The translations under genes and the position numbers were made by a program. A DNA stretch of 64,000 bases, taken from contig CM052816.1 of the NCBI GenBank assembly GCA_028534125.1, positions 96,660,001-96,724,000 of the forward strand, given 5' to 3'. Positions 22,741-36,399 of the stretch are shown here, piece after piece (positions within the stretch are counted from its first letter, which is position 1; every line of letters starts with the position of its first letter). A model generated the notes under the pieces. That model saw nothing but the letters and a program-made list of their open reading frames with translations, made no database searches and was not told the origin of the DNA. Source of the stretch: Lama glama. Its lineage: Eukaryota.

Positions 22741-25700
22741 AGTTAGGTTAGTTGATATCTAAGATCATTTACAGAATTTTGTGGTTCTTTAGTTAAAGAG
22801 AGTGAGCAAAGCAAAGAGAGTAAAATAGGCTGAGTGGGGAAGAGACTGGAGGGATTCTGACATGTTAAAGCATCCAGTTAACCATGATTCTTGCTTGGGG
22901 GCTAGGCTTCAAAGGATTTTTACTTCCCTTTGAAATCTTGTGATCAGTTGATTTCTGAACGTTAACAGATCTGTACTGTTTAAAAGATTTTCTTATCCTC
23001 AAGTCAAAGAGATTTGTAGATACAATTTAGGTCAGAAGATTCATGAGCCTCCAGAACGTGTATAGTACATAATTGTATGTGTGTTTTCTGGAGAGAAGCT
23101 CTGTATAACATTAAATTTTTATAAGCATCCAGCTCTCCTCACCCCGACTCCAAAGTCTAAGAATTATTGATTTAAATCCTTCGACATACTCTATCCTACC
23201 TCCTGCATTTCTTTCATAACATTTGTAATAGGACAAAAATGGCTTTGTACTGTGACCATTCAGAGAGATTTAGCCAAGGATCTCTTTGTCACTCATTTTT
23301 CGATTTTGTTCATTTGAAGTTCCTGACCCCCCAGCCAACCAGTTAGCCACTGCTCATGAGTCCGTGTGGATATGTACTGAAAATCTCCCCCTCCAGAAAA
23401 AATGAACAACTGGGACATCACTTGAAGTTCTGCCCACTGAAAGAGTTTCCCTTCATCCCAATGCTTCACAGTCCCTGAAGAGTGGGGAGGTATTGCTGTA
23501 GCTGTCTGCTTTCAAGTGGTGCTAGCATATTATGCAGAATCACCTGTAAAATATACTTGAATTTTTCTTCCTCCATCAACAAGACACGAGGAACTTGCCC
23601 CGTGGCCATGTTTGAGAAAAGACGATGCAACAAGAAAAGGAGCCATGCAAGTCTGAGCTGCTCATTTTGTTTTACTTTTACCTAAGTCCCTGCTTGAGTC
23701 ATACATAAAACATCTCATACATAAAACATCAACTAAAAGATTGAGTGCTATTATGCTTTATTACCTGGTGGCTTAGACTTCTCCCAGCTCTTAGAGGGCA
23801 GATCAGCTTCAGTGGTTACTTTGAGGCTCATTGTCAGATGTTCTGTCTCTACTAGGATGCAGTAGCAAGCCAGAAGCCATCAAAAGAGAACACATTTGTA
23901 GAAGATGGCAGAGTTTTGCTCAGAGTCCTAAAGATCTGCAATGTGATTCTGTAGAGACCTGCCTAAGGCTATGTATAGCATCTACTTTGCCACAAACACT
24001 TGAAGCACTTTTGAATATCACCAGATCATAATCCCCAGTGGCAGATTAGTTTGTATGGCAGCCCAGATCTATTACAGAACATTGTTTTGCTCTAGTCCTC
24101 ATTCAAAACTGATAGCCTGTTAGATTTATTATTAAATAGGTCAAAGTAGCACACCACAAGTTCAAAGAGGCCCTCATTTTAAAAGCGATATCTTAACATA
24201 CCCTTAGAGCATTGGACCCCTAGATCTTTTTTTCAAAGTAGCAAATCCTTGTGTTTTAGGTGATTATTTGCCATTTCCAGCATGTATGTATCTAGTCAAT
24301 GTATCAATATTTGCTAGTTTTTGCTTACCATATCTAATCAGCATGACCCTTGATATAGAGGGCCAGCATAATGTACTGTGGAATATAGAGGCAATCAGGT
24401 TCCCTGTGATTTAAATTATTACAAAGAGCTGCAAGGTTGGTACATTTTGCTGATCCTGTCAGCTGAAAGCAAAGTGGTTTCAGTACCATTTATGAAAAGG
24501 TATTACCATAAAAGAATTCACCACATGAATAGTCACATACCTGGTAATGGGGCGTGTGTTCATTGTTTCAGTAAAGGAACCACAATTGGAACAGCATCTG
24601 AAATGGGAGTTACCTTATGATTAAGTTTATGATGCTCCATTGTCATTTTCCAAGATCCAAACCTCCTGTACAACTGCTGCATCCTTTAGGTCCCAGGTTT
24701 CCTCCAAGAGTTTCTCCTCAGTTTCTCCACATTTCCTCCAAGAGTTTTAGATTCCTTTTATTACTTTGGAAGTAGAGGCAGTTCAGCTTTACCTTTCCTA
24801 CAATAATAGTTCTCACTTCTCTCTCACAGGTCAGGGAACCAATATAGAATTACTGCCAGAGCTGAGGATTTTTATTCTAACTTTGCATTTTGGAATTAGA
24901 AAAATAACCACGGAATAAACCTGGGAACCCACTGGGTCTACTATGAGATGTAACTGAGCTAAAACTACATTAATCACTTCTATAAACTCTTACTTTGACT
25001 AGTGGACCATGACAGCATTTTGGGTCCCCAAAGAGTAAGTATCACTTTAGGGCCAACATCCAGTAATTCCTACAAAGTTTAATTTTACCCCCTAAAGGAC
25101 AGTCATCCTAATAGTCTCAGGTCCCTTTGGAGATGAGTGAGAGGAAAATGTACAATATTAATTTCTGGAAGTGTAGCATGGTTTTTCCTTGAGGATATCA
25201 AGCCTTCATTTCATTCAAAAGGCTCTGGGTCTAGAAACTGACTCAACTCTAGAATTAGTGGAGGGGCTTTAAACTCTCTGTTGTCGTGTTTCAAGTGAGA
25301 CATCTGTTCACCAGACATAAAATAGAAATTAAGAATTTATTAGGCTCCCATTTTCCAAATCTGTCTCAGACTCTTCCTTTGTACCCTAACTTTGAGCTAC
25401 TCAAGAAATGAGATTCTAGGAAACTGTATTTCACACAGTTAGCCAAGTTGAAACAGCACTATCTAGGAAAAGATAGGTAAGTATACAGCTGGCGACAGTT
25501 TAATATGAAGTACACATTCACATTATGGTAGTGCAGAAGAATTTAGGATTCCGGAGGAACCAAGGAAGGATAGTCAGTGATTTATGAACCGAATTTTAGA
25601 AAGAGGTGATGGGGGTGAGAGGGGAACATTACGGGTACCGTTCCTTGTATGACTCATTTGGCAAACTGTGAGTATACCGTGGCTGGAACACGTGGTGTGT

Positions 25701-26234
25701 TGTTTGCTGGGTATTACAGGAGATGAGGCTGCACTTCTGGCACAGTATTAAAAATAATCTTCAGCCCAGAAATTGTACATGTGTTTTATAAAGATAATTT
25801 GGGCTTATAAATGAATTAGGCTGATAAAAATTATCCTGCATTCATCAAAATAGGGGACATATTGAGAATTTAATTGAACTTAAATATTGCCTCCATATTT
25901 TTCACTGATCAAATTGAATGAATACACTTTACTGGAGACACTATGACAGTTCAATTAACAGCTATCTTTTCCCCAAATCATAATATAAGGTCATTTAATG
26001 ATCAAATGTTATTATACTAAGTATTTGGATAAATTTATTAACTATCCTTTTTTCTGTTGATTAGACACTTACTTTTTTTCTATTTTAGAGGGAGAATATC
26101 AAAACCAGATATGGGTGGTTTTGGTGGATAGTAATCAACTGTTAACCTGTGAAAGCAATACTTTCACTCTTGTCTGTATTAACCATGCAATATGGCTTCA
26201 CCTTGAGTTTTAACAGAATTTACTGAGACAGGAT

Positions 26235-26647
26235 TGTGGTGGTTAATTTTATGCGTCAATGTGGGTAAGCCATGGTAGTCTTTTTTTAATCAAACACCAG
26301 TCTATATGTCACTATGAAGGCATTTTTTAAAATGAGATTAACATTTAAATCAGAGACTTTAAATAAAATAGATTACCATCCATAAAGTGGTAGACCTCAT
26401 CTAATCAGTTGCAATTCTTAAGAGAAAAAGACTGACTTTCCCCAAGGAAGAAGGAATTTTGTCTTCAGACTTAAGACTGCAGTGTCATTGCTTCCCTGGG
26501 TCTTCAGAATGTTGTTCTGCCCTGCAGATTTCATACTTGACAACCCCCACAATTATGTGAGCCAAGTCTTTAAAAATAAATCTCTCTCTATGCATATATG
26601 TACACATCCTATTGGTTTTGTTTCTCTGGAGAACACTGACTAATATA
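26235..26647 (+). mobile_element. ERVL solo LTR, MLT2 (MLT2C/D-like)
   Basis: TGTGGTGGTTAATTTTATGCGTCAA...GTTTCTCTGGAGAACACTGACTAATA, with a perfect 5-bp TSD AGGAT (26230-26234, 26648-26652). Confidence 0.88.
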
Positions 26648-27069
26648 AGGATAAACTAAATATTGTTTTAAAACATCAAGTTTAAAAGCATTTTTGTGCA
26701 CAAAAGAGTTGCTGCTTAATTTAAAAAGAACTCATCAAGTTGAATAAATATTTGGTAATTTATAATCAAGATTAGACTATTAGTATGTTGGGAGCAATAC
26801 TGGCATAAATAATTGAATTTAAACATAATTTTCAAATTTAATTTTTACTAGCAGTTTTCAAACAATTTACCAAAGAATCAAATGGCCCTAAAGTGGATTG
26901 ATTTTCTTCTATTTTACTTTTAGCGTTGAGGTTTTAGTAAGTATTAAAATAGCAAATATGTATAATGCAAAAAACCAGGTATCTTCAAATTGGACATGCA
27001 GCCTCTGAATAACAAAAAATAAGGTAGTATATTATCATAACAAAAAATAGAATTGTACAAATGCATGGT

Positions 27070-27479
27070 TGTTACTGGTTAAATTTTACCCCTAAAAATT
27101 TATATGTTGAAATCCTAACCCAGAGAACCTCAGAATGTAACCTTATTTGGAGATTATTCTCTTACAAAGGGTAAAATCTGGAGTCAGACACACACTCAGG
27201 GAGAACTTCATGCCAGATGAAGGCAGATATCAGGATGATGCTTCTACAAGCCAAGAAATGCCAGAGATTGTCCACAAACCACCAGAAGCTAGGAGAGAGG
27301 CATGGAGCAGATTCTTCCTCACAGCCCTCAGGGCCAACCCTGTCAACACCTCCATCTTAGAATCCTAGCTTCCTCAATCTTGGAAGCCTGGCTTCCAGAA
27401 CTATGAGACAATAAGTTTCTATCTTTTAAGCCACCCAGTTTGTGGTACTTTGTTACAGCAGCCCTAGTAAAGCAACTCA
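27070..27479 (+). mobile_element. ERVL-MaLR solo LTR, MLT1B/C-like
   Basis: TATGTTGAAATCCTAACCC..ACCTCAGAATGTAACCTTATTTGGA..CACCAGAAGCTAGGAGAGAGGCATGG..TTTAAGCCACCCAGTTTGTGGTACTTTGTTACAGCAGCCCTAG, with a perfect 5-bp TSD ATGGT (27065-27069, 27480-27484). Confidence 0.88.
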
Positions 27480-27629
27480 ATGGTACTAATTGATTTTTTA
27501 AATAAACATGATAAAGAAATATCATTGTAAAAGTCCTAATTATTCAACTAATCTCAGAGCATTATTTATGAACCACTGTTTTCTGTTCATTATTTTCAAA
27601 TTAATACTTAGTTATTGGGAACAAATAAT

Positions 27630-27870
27630 AATGATAATGATAATAGCTAAGTCTTGTGGAACATTTGTTATTTGCCAGACGCTGTTTCAAGTGCTTTAAG
27701 TGTATTCACTCATAGGTAATACTGTTAGCCCCATTTTACAACAGAAGCCCAGAAACACAGGAAAGTAAGTTGCTTAATTTACATATACAGTAAGTGGTAC
27801 ATTTAAGGCATAAACTCAAAACAGTTTGGTTCTGAAGTTTTTTATTCTAACCACAGTGCCGTATTACCTA
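27630..27870 (-). mobile_element. MIR SINE
   Basis: TAATAGCTAA..TGCCAGACGCTGTTTCAAGTGCTTT..CCCCATTTTACA..TTCTAACCAC, in reverse orientation. Confidence 0.65.
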
Positions 27871-29109
27871 TTGGTGACATAACTAATGAAGATTTTCCAG
27901 CCCTCCAAAAGAGCTTCCAAGAGCATCTGGGCTACTGTATTTATAACACATAGCTACATGACTCCAGGCTGTCTGCTTATAGTGCTAAATATCCACATAC
28001 TCTTCCACGTGACACACACTATTTTGGGCTATTTGCTATATTTGAGATTTATTTTAACAGAAAATAATACATACCAATCCTCTGTTCTGATCTTATTTCC
28101 ATTAATATTTAAGTTGATTTCTTTATTAAAGAATTGAAAACCTTTAATGATCATTTATGCATTTGAAATAAAAGTCATGTGTAATCTCAATGAATTTATT
28201 GAACTTTTTCAATAAATATCATTAACTTCATATTTTGTGAATGTTACACTGTTTGATGGCACGGAGTTCAGTAACTGCAAACACACACACACACAGAGGG
28301 AAGCTCGTGGTCTATCCATGACTATAGGCAGTTTATTTCCATCAAAGTCAGAGTATAAAATATTATTTATTTCATGAACTCTGGAGAGCTTATTATAAAT
28401 GCTTCAGTTAAGATGCTGGAAGATGTAAACTATTACTGTCATTAAAGGGGTTTCTACTGAGGAATAATGTTTGTTCTCTCATCTTGTTACACAGTTGAGT
28501 AACCTGGCTGAGATGCCCTCTACAGTTCCATGGCTCTCCTCATGTTGAGCAGGGCTCTCTATGCTTCAGAGGCTCTGGGTCTCCTGGGACATGATCCTAC
28601 CATTTCCTGAAGTCTGGGCACCTTACCCCTTTCTGCAGTGTGCATACAATTCCCAAGCCTCAGTGGTAAGCCATTTTCAGTTACCCATCTCATTTCTCCA
28701 TGATGCCAGTTCCTTGGTGCTTAGAGGCAGATTTTCAAATTTCTAAAGAAAAAGTCTAAAGAGATCAAACTGTTACATATTTAATACTGAGAAGATATAT
28801 ATGGAAGGGCACCTCATAACACATTTGTATAAGGAATATAAGCTGTCTCCAACATCATAGAACTGAAGATACTGGTAATTATAAGGGGTTAAATTTTAAA
28901 TGTTAATTAATCATAGATTTAAGGTCTAGATTTTCTATACAGGTTTTATCTTTTAAACTTTTATATACTACATGTATTACTCTGAAGTGCATGAAATTCA
29001 ATTTTGTACCAAGGAAATCTGTCATCTGTTTATCTATCTACGTCTCTTTTTTCTTTTTTGTTACATCTCAGGGAAGGAAAAAAACATTTTAATAAAATTT
29101 TCAGATATT

Positions 29110-29630
29110 ATCATATCAGTTAAAATGTTTTTGGCTGTAGATGACTCAAAATTGCTTAAACGGTAAGAGTCTCATTATTATTTTACATATCTGGAAGTTC
29201 ACAATGTCACTTAATTTATTTGCTCAGGAAAAAGTACCCTTAGTTCTTTCCATTTTGCACTCTGCCACCCCCAGCTTGGTCCTTGGGCTAGTTCCCTGAA
29301 TCGGCACAAAATGGCTATGTGATTTCAGATATCGCAATCCATCAAATCTAGGGAAGCCCTTTCTTCCATGGGTCTCTTTTTTTATGAAGAAACCTTTCCC
29401 AGAACCCCCCAGCAGACCATCGCACACTGTCCTTGGCCAGCAGAATCATAAGCTCACCCTTAAACACATCACTGCCAAAGGAATGGGATCCTTGTAGTTC
29501 ACTTAAATCTAAATTTACCCCAGAGCCATGTGAGGGAGGGGTAGATACCTGAAAAACTGGGGATTGACCTGCCCCACAGGAAAAACAGGATAATGCATTC
29601 TGAGTAGGCTACTTATGATTGTGGCATTCA
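29110..29630 (-). mobile_element. Old MLT1-type MaLR LTR
   Basis: TCAGTTAAAATGTTTTTGGCTG..AAAATGGCT..TTTCCCAGAACCCCCCAGCAGAC..TTGGCCAGCAGAATCA..CCCTTAAAC..ATCACTG. Confidence 0.5.
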
Positions 29631-29899
29631 GGCTCTGCTACATAAGGACTTACTACTCACATGGGAAAGCTTAGAAAACTGGGGAGGTGGGAGTTAGAAC
29701 ATCACTGCACCAGTCAGAGCTGGTTCAGGTCCCACATTTCAGCACTTCCTCCATCTTGGACTCTTTCTTTTACTAGGCCATACAGCACATTTGTTCCTTG
29801 AATATTCCTTCCCTACCTACCTGGTCTCTCACACTGTCCTCACCTAGGATGTTCCTCTTGGGTTCCTCACTTGTGTCACAGTTTTGTCCTCATTCTCAG

Positions 29900-31180
29900 C
29901 CTTCACCTTACAGGAGTAGCTCTAGATCTGCATACTCATTTCCAATGAAATTATTTAAATTCCAATTAAACAGGGAGAGCCTAGCGGTACCTCAAGCTCC
30001 TCAGGTTCAAACCATGCCCCACCCTCGCATTTTATTATCTAAGACAAAATCTGTGTGGTTCTTCCATTCATCCAAGCCAGAAACTGGCATGGCATGTGAA
30101 ATCACTCCTTCTCAAGGATGAACCCCCATAATCTTTCCACAGCCGAGTCATGGCAAGCATGCTTTTGACATGTCTCTCAGTTATGTTTCATTTCATTCTA
30201 ACTACCTATTTCTCTGTTCAAGTTCATTTGTTCCCTGAATCACTATATTGGTCCCTCTCTAACCCATTCTCCACTAGGTAGCCAGGATGAGCTTTTAAAA
30301 AGTTAAACCATTTTGAAAATAGGTAATGGAGATGGTTGCCCAACATTATGAATGTAATTAATGTTGCTGAATTTTGCAATTAAAAAGTGGTTAAGTGGAA
30401 AATTTATGATATATATAATATATATATTACCACAATTAAAAAAAACTTTATAAAAAAAATCAAGATACTGAAAAGTAATCTATGTTAAAGGCAACCTATA
30501 TTAATGTAATAATAAGATAGCCTGAACTTAATTACAAAAAACAAACACACAAAAAACCAAATCAGGAAAAAAAAGAAGTAAACCAGATTATGTAAGTGCC
30601 AGTGCCAGGCTTAAATATTCTTTAATGCTTTACTGGGAGGGAAAAAAAAAAAATGCTCGCTCCCTTCCATGGTCTGTGAAGGTCCTGTGTGGCTTGCTCT
30701 GGGACCTCTGGTACTGAATCTCCCTCCACTCTCTCCACCTGTTCCTCACTGAGCCAAGCTGCTTCCCATTTATCCTCCCATAACCTACATCCTCTCCCAC
30801 TCTGGCCCCTTGCCCAGGCTGTCCTTTCCATCTGAGACGTTCTTCCACAGATCCCCAGGGACCTGCCTCCTCAGTCCTTAAATCCTAGTCCCAGTTTCTT
30901 CTTCCCTGGTCACCTTGTCTAAGGAGCCTCCTGGGTTACTCCATCCCATCACCCTTCCATTTCCTTCCTAGCAGGCATCACTATTTGTGATCATGACAAT
31001 TGTTATTTGTTGGGTTATTAATGCTCTGTCTTTCTTGCTAAAAATTAAATTCCATGAGGAGTAGTTACTGTTTAGCTCAACATTATATCCGAAGTGCCTG
31101 TAGATAGCCAGTAAATGTTTAAGAAATGAGAGAATAAATGAAATGAATGAATATGTGAATAAGGATGAATGAATGCATAG
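29900..31180 (+). mobile_element. L2 LINE interrupted by an L1 3' fragment (about 30310-30580)
   Basis: L2 body and 3' tail (GAATAAATGAAATGAATGAAT). Internal L1MB-like end GGAGATGGTTGCCCAACATTATGAATGTAATTAATG..TATTACCACAATTAAAAAAA. Confidence 0.65.
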
Positions 31181-31304
31181 AATCTCTGTTTATTACAGGT
31201 ATCTTCTTTCTCTCATTATGCCACCACCTTTTTTTAAAGTGAAAATTTGATCATAATTCTCTTCTTAAAATCTTCCGAAAGCCTTTCATTGTCCACATGA
31301 AAAT

Positions 31305-31618
31305 GACAAACTCAGGTATCTCCAGGAGCCATTTAGGGAAGTTGAATGAGCGAAGCAGGTCAAGGGGCAGCAAGGACTGTGAGAAACCAGACCACCTGGA
31401 ACGCTCAGCCAGTTGGACTGTGTGGAGCAGAGGACCGGTGTTGCCCAATTATCTGTATTTCTCTAAATGTGTTGAACACTGGAATTTTTATGTGAACCCT
31501 TTCTTTAATATTGGGAAATAATTTTTCTCACATTTTGGGGGGCTCATACAGTAAAAATAAAATAAAATATTTCTGCAGGCTCCATTCAGTGGCAGACTGC
31601 CAATCTGTAGCCTCTGAT
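31305..31618 (+). mobile_element. hAT-Charlie DNA transposon fossil (MER102-like)
   Basis: Ends AAAATATTTCTGCAGGCTCCATTCAG..CTGCCAATCTGTAGCCTCTG, resembling MER102/MER45-type termini. Confidence 0.4.
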
Positions 31619-32849
31619 TGCGGCAACTCTTTGCCCATGTCTTTATATTTTTACAGCCTCTTCTGCTATGCACCCTGCCTGTACTCTCCTACCTCAGTCC
31701 TTTTAATCCCTTCACAGCTTGCAAAATGCAGCTAGCACCATGAGAAAACTTCCGAAACTTCTTTGGGTCTTTTCTCCTCAGAAATGAGCTCCTTGTCCTT
31801 CCCTCTCTTTAGCTTTTATCCAGCCACTCCATCACTTTATGTCACGGACCACCGTATGCCAGGGATTGAATTCTCTTTGGGGATAGTTTAGCTTGGAGGA
31901 AAGAGTAGAGTCTTCAGAATTTAATCACTTAAGCCATTTGAAAAAGTTGATTTCCTCTTGAGTCTCAGTGTCCTCATCCTCACTTTGGTGATAAACCTTA
32001 AGAGAATGTACATGCAGTGCCTGGCACACATTAGGTATAGTAAAAAAAAAAAAAAGGTGGTTATTCATTACCCACGTCTGGTGCAATTTCTGGCATGTAG
32101 TAGGCAGTTAATGAGCGTCCGTTGAACAGATGAGTGAATAGCTATCCTGAGCTCTGGTTCCTGGGTTACTGACCCTTGAAGCCTCCTCTTTCCATGTTGG
32201 CATGCTCTCCTGCTCTGTGATTTGCTCCCTCTCTGGGGATTACTAAGATTCTTATAGTGCCAATCACAGCATCTTGAAACTTCAGTGCCAGTATCTTTCA
32301 TGGTCACAGATACATCCCTTTTGGAAGCCAGGTCATTTGGATCTAACCATTGAGTTTCATGTACAGTGATTTATTACAACACAAGTGCCATCTTGCTACC
32401 ATGACTGCGATCATATATTAATATACTGTGCATAACACATGAATTGTACAACTGTCTATGTTTTGAAGACCTATCTGCTGTCCTCACGGACCAGGGGCAC
32501 ATGAACATATCAGGCCCAGTCACAGCCTGTCCTGGCTTCTTCAGTTTTATTTTCTGCTTCCTCTGCTTCCTCTGTACTGGGCTTTTCTGCTCTAGGATCA
32601 GTCTGCTTTTTCACCTTTAGCTCTTGCACCCCAACATGTACCCCCACCTTTTTTTTACGGAGTAATGGGCAGTCTCTTGAAGGCATCATTCTTGTCCTTA
32701 CCTCTGTTTCCTTACAAATGGTGTCAATTTTGACTTTAGTTCCTTTATATTTTTCCCTCATAGGTAATTCCTGCTCCTCCTTTAATGCTCCATTGAATTT
32801 TCAATTTTATGTAGATTCCATTTGTTTTTCTTCTTCATCAGCATCCTAA

Positions 32850-33400
32850 GTTATGATCCTTACTTCCACAGTATTGGAACTCTTGATCAATCCTCTGTTC
32901 AAAACCTGCAATAGTCCCCCATTTCAAATTTGCTGAAACCTGATACCCTACTCCCTGGCCTCACATTTCCTCCCTGTCATTTTCCCTTTTACCCTCTGTT
33001 GTGTTCATACAACTTTAGCCAGACTGGCCTCCTTACTTTTTCTCTAAAATATCAGCCATTTGTCCTTGCTTTTTCCTCAACCTATAAAACTCTCCTGTCA
33101 GTATCCAGTTGGCTAATAATGTTTTCAATTCCTTCAAGTCCTTGCTCAAATATCACTTTCTAACTGAGGCCCGTCATGACCTCCTGACTGACATCTAGCT
33201 TCCCTGATCCCTTTATTTGGTTCTATTTTTTTCCATAACACTTTTAACATACCATAAAATTAATAATTTTTATGGTTGTTGCTATTGTCTCCCACTTATA
33301 AAATACAAATACCACAAAAGCAGATATATGTTCATGTTTTGTTCAATGATGTATCCTAATGGTTCAGAACAGTGCTTAATCATGATATTTTTAATGAATT
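32850..33400 (+). mobile_element. L2 LINE fragment
   Basis: TCTGTTCAAAACCTGCAATAG..CTTTAGCCAGACTGGCCTCCTT..TTGCTCAAATATCACTTTCT..AGAACAGTGCTT..TTTAATGAAT. Confidence 0.65.
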
Positions 33401-36327
33401 ATTTAAGACTGATTTATGAAATCCTTGAGGTTCAGAGGGACATTTTATTCATTTTTATGCCTAGCATCTTACAGATAGGTAAAACATAGTCCAGACTCTA
33501 TTAATAACTCTTGTATAACTAAGAGAAAAACAAATTATCTTGAGAATCGGGAGAAATATTAAAAATGTTGATAAATAAGAAGTGGGGGAAGAAAACCTCA
33601 TTATGACTAATAGGAAAACAACAGATTGATCTATTTTAAACAAACTGGGGCCAAAAATGGAGAAATATTTTTTCTTTCATCTTTTGGGCCCCTGTTTTCA
33701 ACTGTTCTTACCAGTTATTTATTGAGGGCACTGGAATCATCCAGACAAGTCACTAAAGAAAACAGGAACAGCAAGTTATGTGTTTGACAATGAATTTGAG
33801 TCTGAAAATCAAATTCCTTCTCTTGGTCAAAATCACTCTTATAATCAAACGTATGTGTTCAGGGACATCCTACATTGCTCTACTTTAATGCTTTAAAATA
33901 TTTACCGGTTAGTAACCCTTTTAAAGTGCTTCTATAAGGCAGGATTTCTAAAAAAGAAGTACATGTTTAATGAATAATATCTAAGATAGAGATGCTGTAA
34001 AACTTGCCTTCAAATAAATAGAAATTGAGGAAATAAGAATGACGTTTCCAAATTAGATGAAGTTAAGCTCCTGAGTTCAGAGTCAACTACATGTTTGTAA
34101 AGAGTGGGAGAAATCAGTGAGAACTTGGAAAAACTGTTTCCTAAGTCTTTAATAGCTGAGCATGAACACCAGGTTTTTCTGCTCTAAATGATCCTAATTT
34201 GTCTTCCATTTGTAGAAAGACCATTGTTAGTCTGTCCACAATAATTACAGTGAACTCCACTGTTGTCTTCCTTCTTAGGGTCCTGATCTCATATTGAAGT
34301 GATCTTTTGTGAAATCCACTTATTTCCTAATTACAAGCATTCCTATTTTAACAAAATCATTTTATGATCTTTTGTTTTTAATAAAGAAGACTGTTAAACA
34401 TTCTGCTCGTTTGAAATGTTTTGAAGATGTGAGCTAAGCATGAAATAGGCTCTCTCTGGTTTAAAAATAACAATCTACCTTTCTAGTGAGTAAAGGTAAT
34501 TTACTTGGAGGAAAAATCTCATCTGTGCTTAACTTAAGGAGGAATTGTTTCTGCTTACTGTGGAGACAGGTGCTTTGTGAAGCTAGCACTTCTGTCTGGG
34601 AGCAAACACTGCCTCTCAATGGTCTAGGCACGGTTGGGCTGGGCTGCTTCCTGGGGACAGTGAGAGCCCCAGTCTACACAACTTAGTGCCCAGAAAGTGC
34701 GAATTGTCCACACTAAGCTCTCCCTTGGCTGATGACATTTGCTAAAGTTGGAAATTTATAAATGCGAGGGAAGGATGGAGAGCAAGCAAACCAAAGATAA
34801 ATGGGGACTGGGAATAAAGTGTGTTTACAAAGGAAATCCTCAAGACTTTAACACAGAGATGAAGAAGGACTGTAAAATCAAAACAGACCACCAGCAGGCT
34901 GGGAGTGCTGTTGCCAACAGGGCAAATGCTTAAAGCGTGGTGTCTTTGTGAACAGTGGTCTCTCTGCAGAGTCAGCAAGCACATGGCTAAGGCCTGATTT
35001 CTAAATCCCAAAGCTTAAACCTGCTAGAGTGATGGGACGTGGACTTAGAGCACGTTGAGCAAATGTCATGATGTAAGGTGCTATGTGCAATAAATCTCCC
35101 TAATTTTCAGGCCTGATTTGGCCTCACCAGAGGGCACTGGGCAGATTTCCTATGTTGGGTGTGACATATGCATTTTAGAAATTTTGTTGCAAGCCAAATT
35201 TGGTGTCATAGTGTCAGAGTTTATTTTAAAGAAATAGCCTTCCTGCTCTATTTATAATGCCCCAGGTCTGAGGACTCCATTCCCACGTGATCTGTAGTCC
35301 TCGGCACAGTTCTCCACAGTGGATAGAGATGCCTCACTTTACAGATGAGCAGACTGAGGCTCTGGCAGATTAAACACCTTGCCCTGGGCCCACAGTGGGC
35401 TAGGATTTCAAAGCAGATCTAACTCCAGAGCATCTTGCATTCCTCCCCCTTTACTTTTCCTCTTGTTCAGTCAGGACATTTTAAGGAATACAAATACCAC
35501 ACCATTCTTTGGTCTTTTTGCCCAGGTCTGGGTTTAAAAAAATGCATTGAGTTATTATTATAAGGCCGACTCCCAATCAATTTTGTTGTTGAAGAGAGAG
35601 ACAAGGAGATTGGAAAATTCCTAAGTCTTCCCTTGATTTTTAAAGGGTTTAACAAAAGATGACTAAAACAGGATTATAAAGCCCAAATTGTAAGATTCTG
35701 GAACAATTTGATAAAGTTCATCATGTGTACATACATGTGATAAAAGACACCAAGGGATCAATTTCTTTGGTGCTTTAGAAATCATGTAGTATTTTGTCTG
35801 TTCCATTCATAGATCAAGTCTTAAGTGCCTGAAAGTTGAGGAACTGTGAAATCCCTATCTTTATATAAAAGCTATATGATTGGTTTAAGTCACTTAAAAC
35901 AGTTGAATTTAAACTTGCATATTCAAATTAGGATGGATTAATCAATCTTTCCTGTTTATCAGTTATGTCCCCTCTCCTAGTATAATATCAGAAAAGTAAA
36001 GGGGCAGATGTACTCACAGGAAAATCTGTAGCATAAAACATGTAATCCCCACAAATCAGATATGCCTTATTATAGAAGACTTCAGTGTGTTGCATGAGCA
36101 TGCGCTATCATTGACATATCAACTCAGAAAAATTCTTAAAGGTTGACTGGCCGAAGATTAATTCTAAGGAGAGTAAGTCCTGGTTTATTCTTTAAATTGT
36201 CCTGGCATAATTATAGCATTGTGTTCCCCTCTCAAAGTGTCTCAGTTTTGGAATATAAATTATATCATCACCCTATTTATAAAATGTTCAGATCTGAGTG
36301 TTTTAGTAAATTTACTCTAAATTGTTT

Positions 36328-36399
36328 ACATACACACACACACACACACACATATATACACATACATATATACAGACACATATATATACCTATATATAT
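36328..36399. repeat. Compound (CA)n/(TA)n microsatellite
   Basis: ACATACACACACACACACACACACATATATACACATACATATATACAG... read directly. Confidence 0.9.

Noticed and set aside
23699..23730. Perfect 16-bp tandem duplication TCATACATAAAACATC x2, with similar microduplications near 5395, 11306-11363 and 24700
   Set aside because: Two-copy slippage duplications with no spacer architecture. Not a CRISPR-like or functional array.
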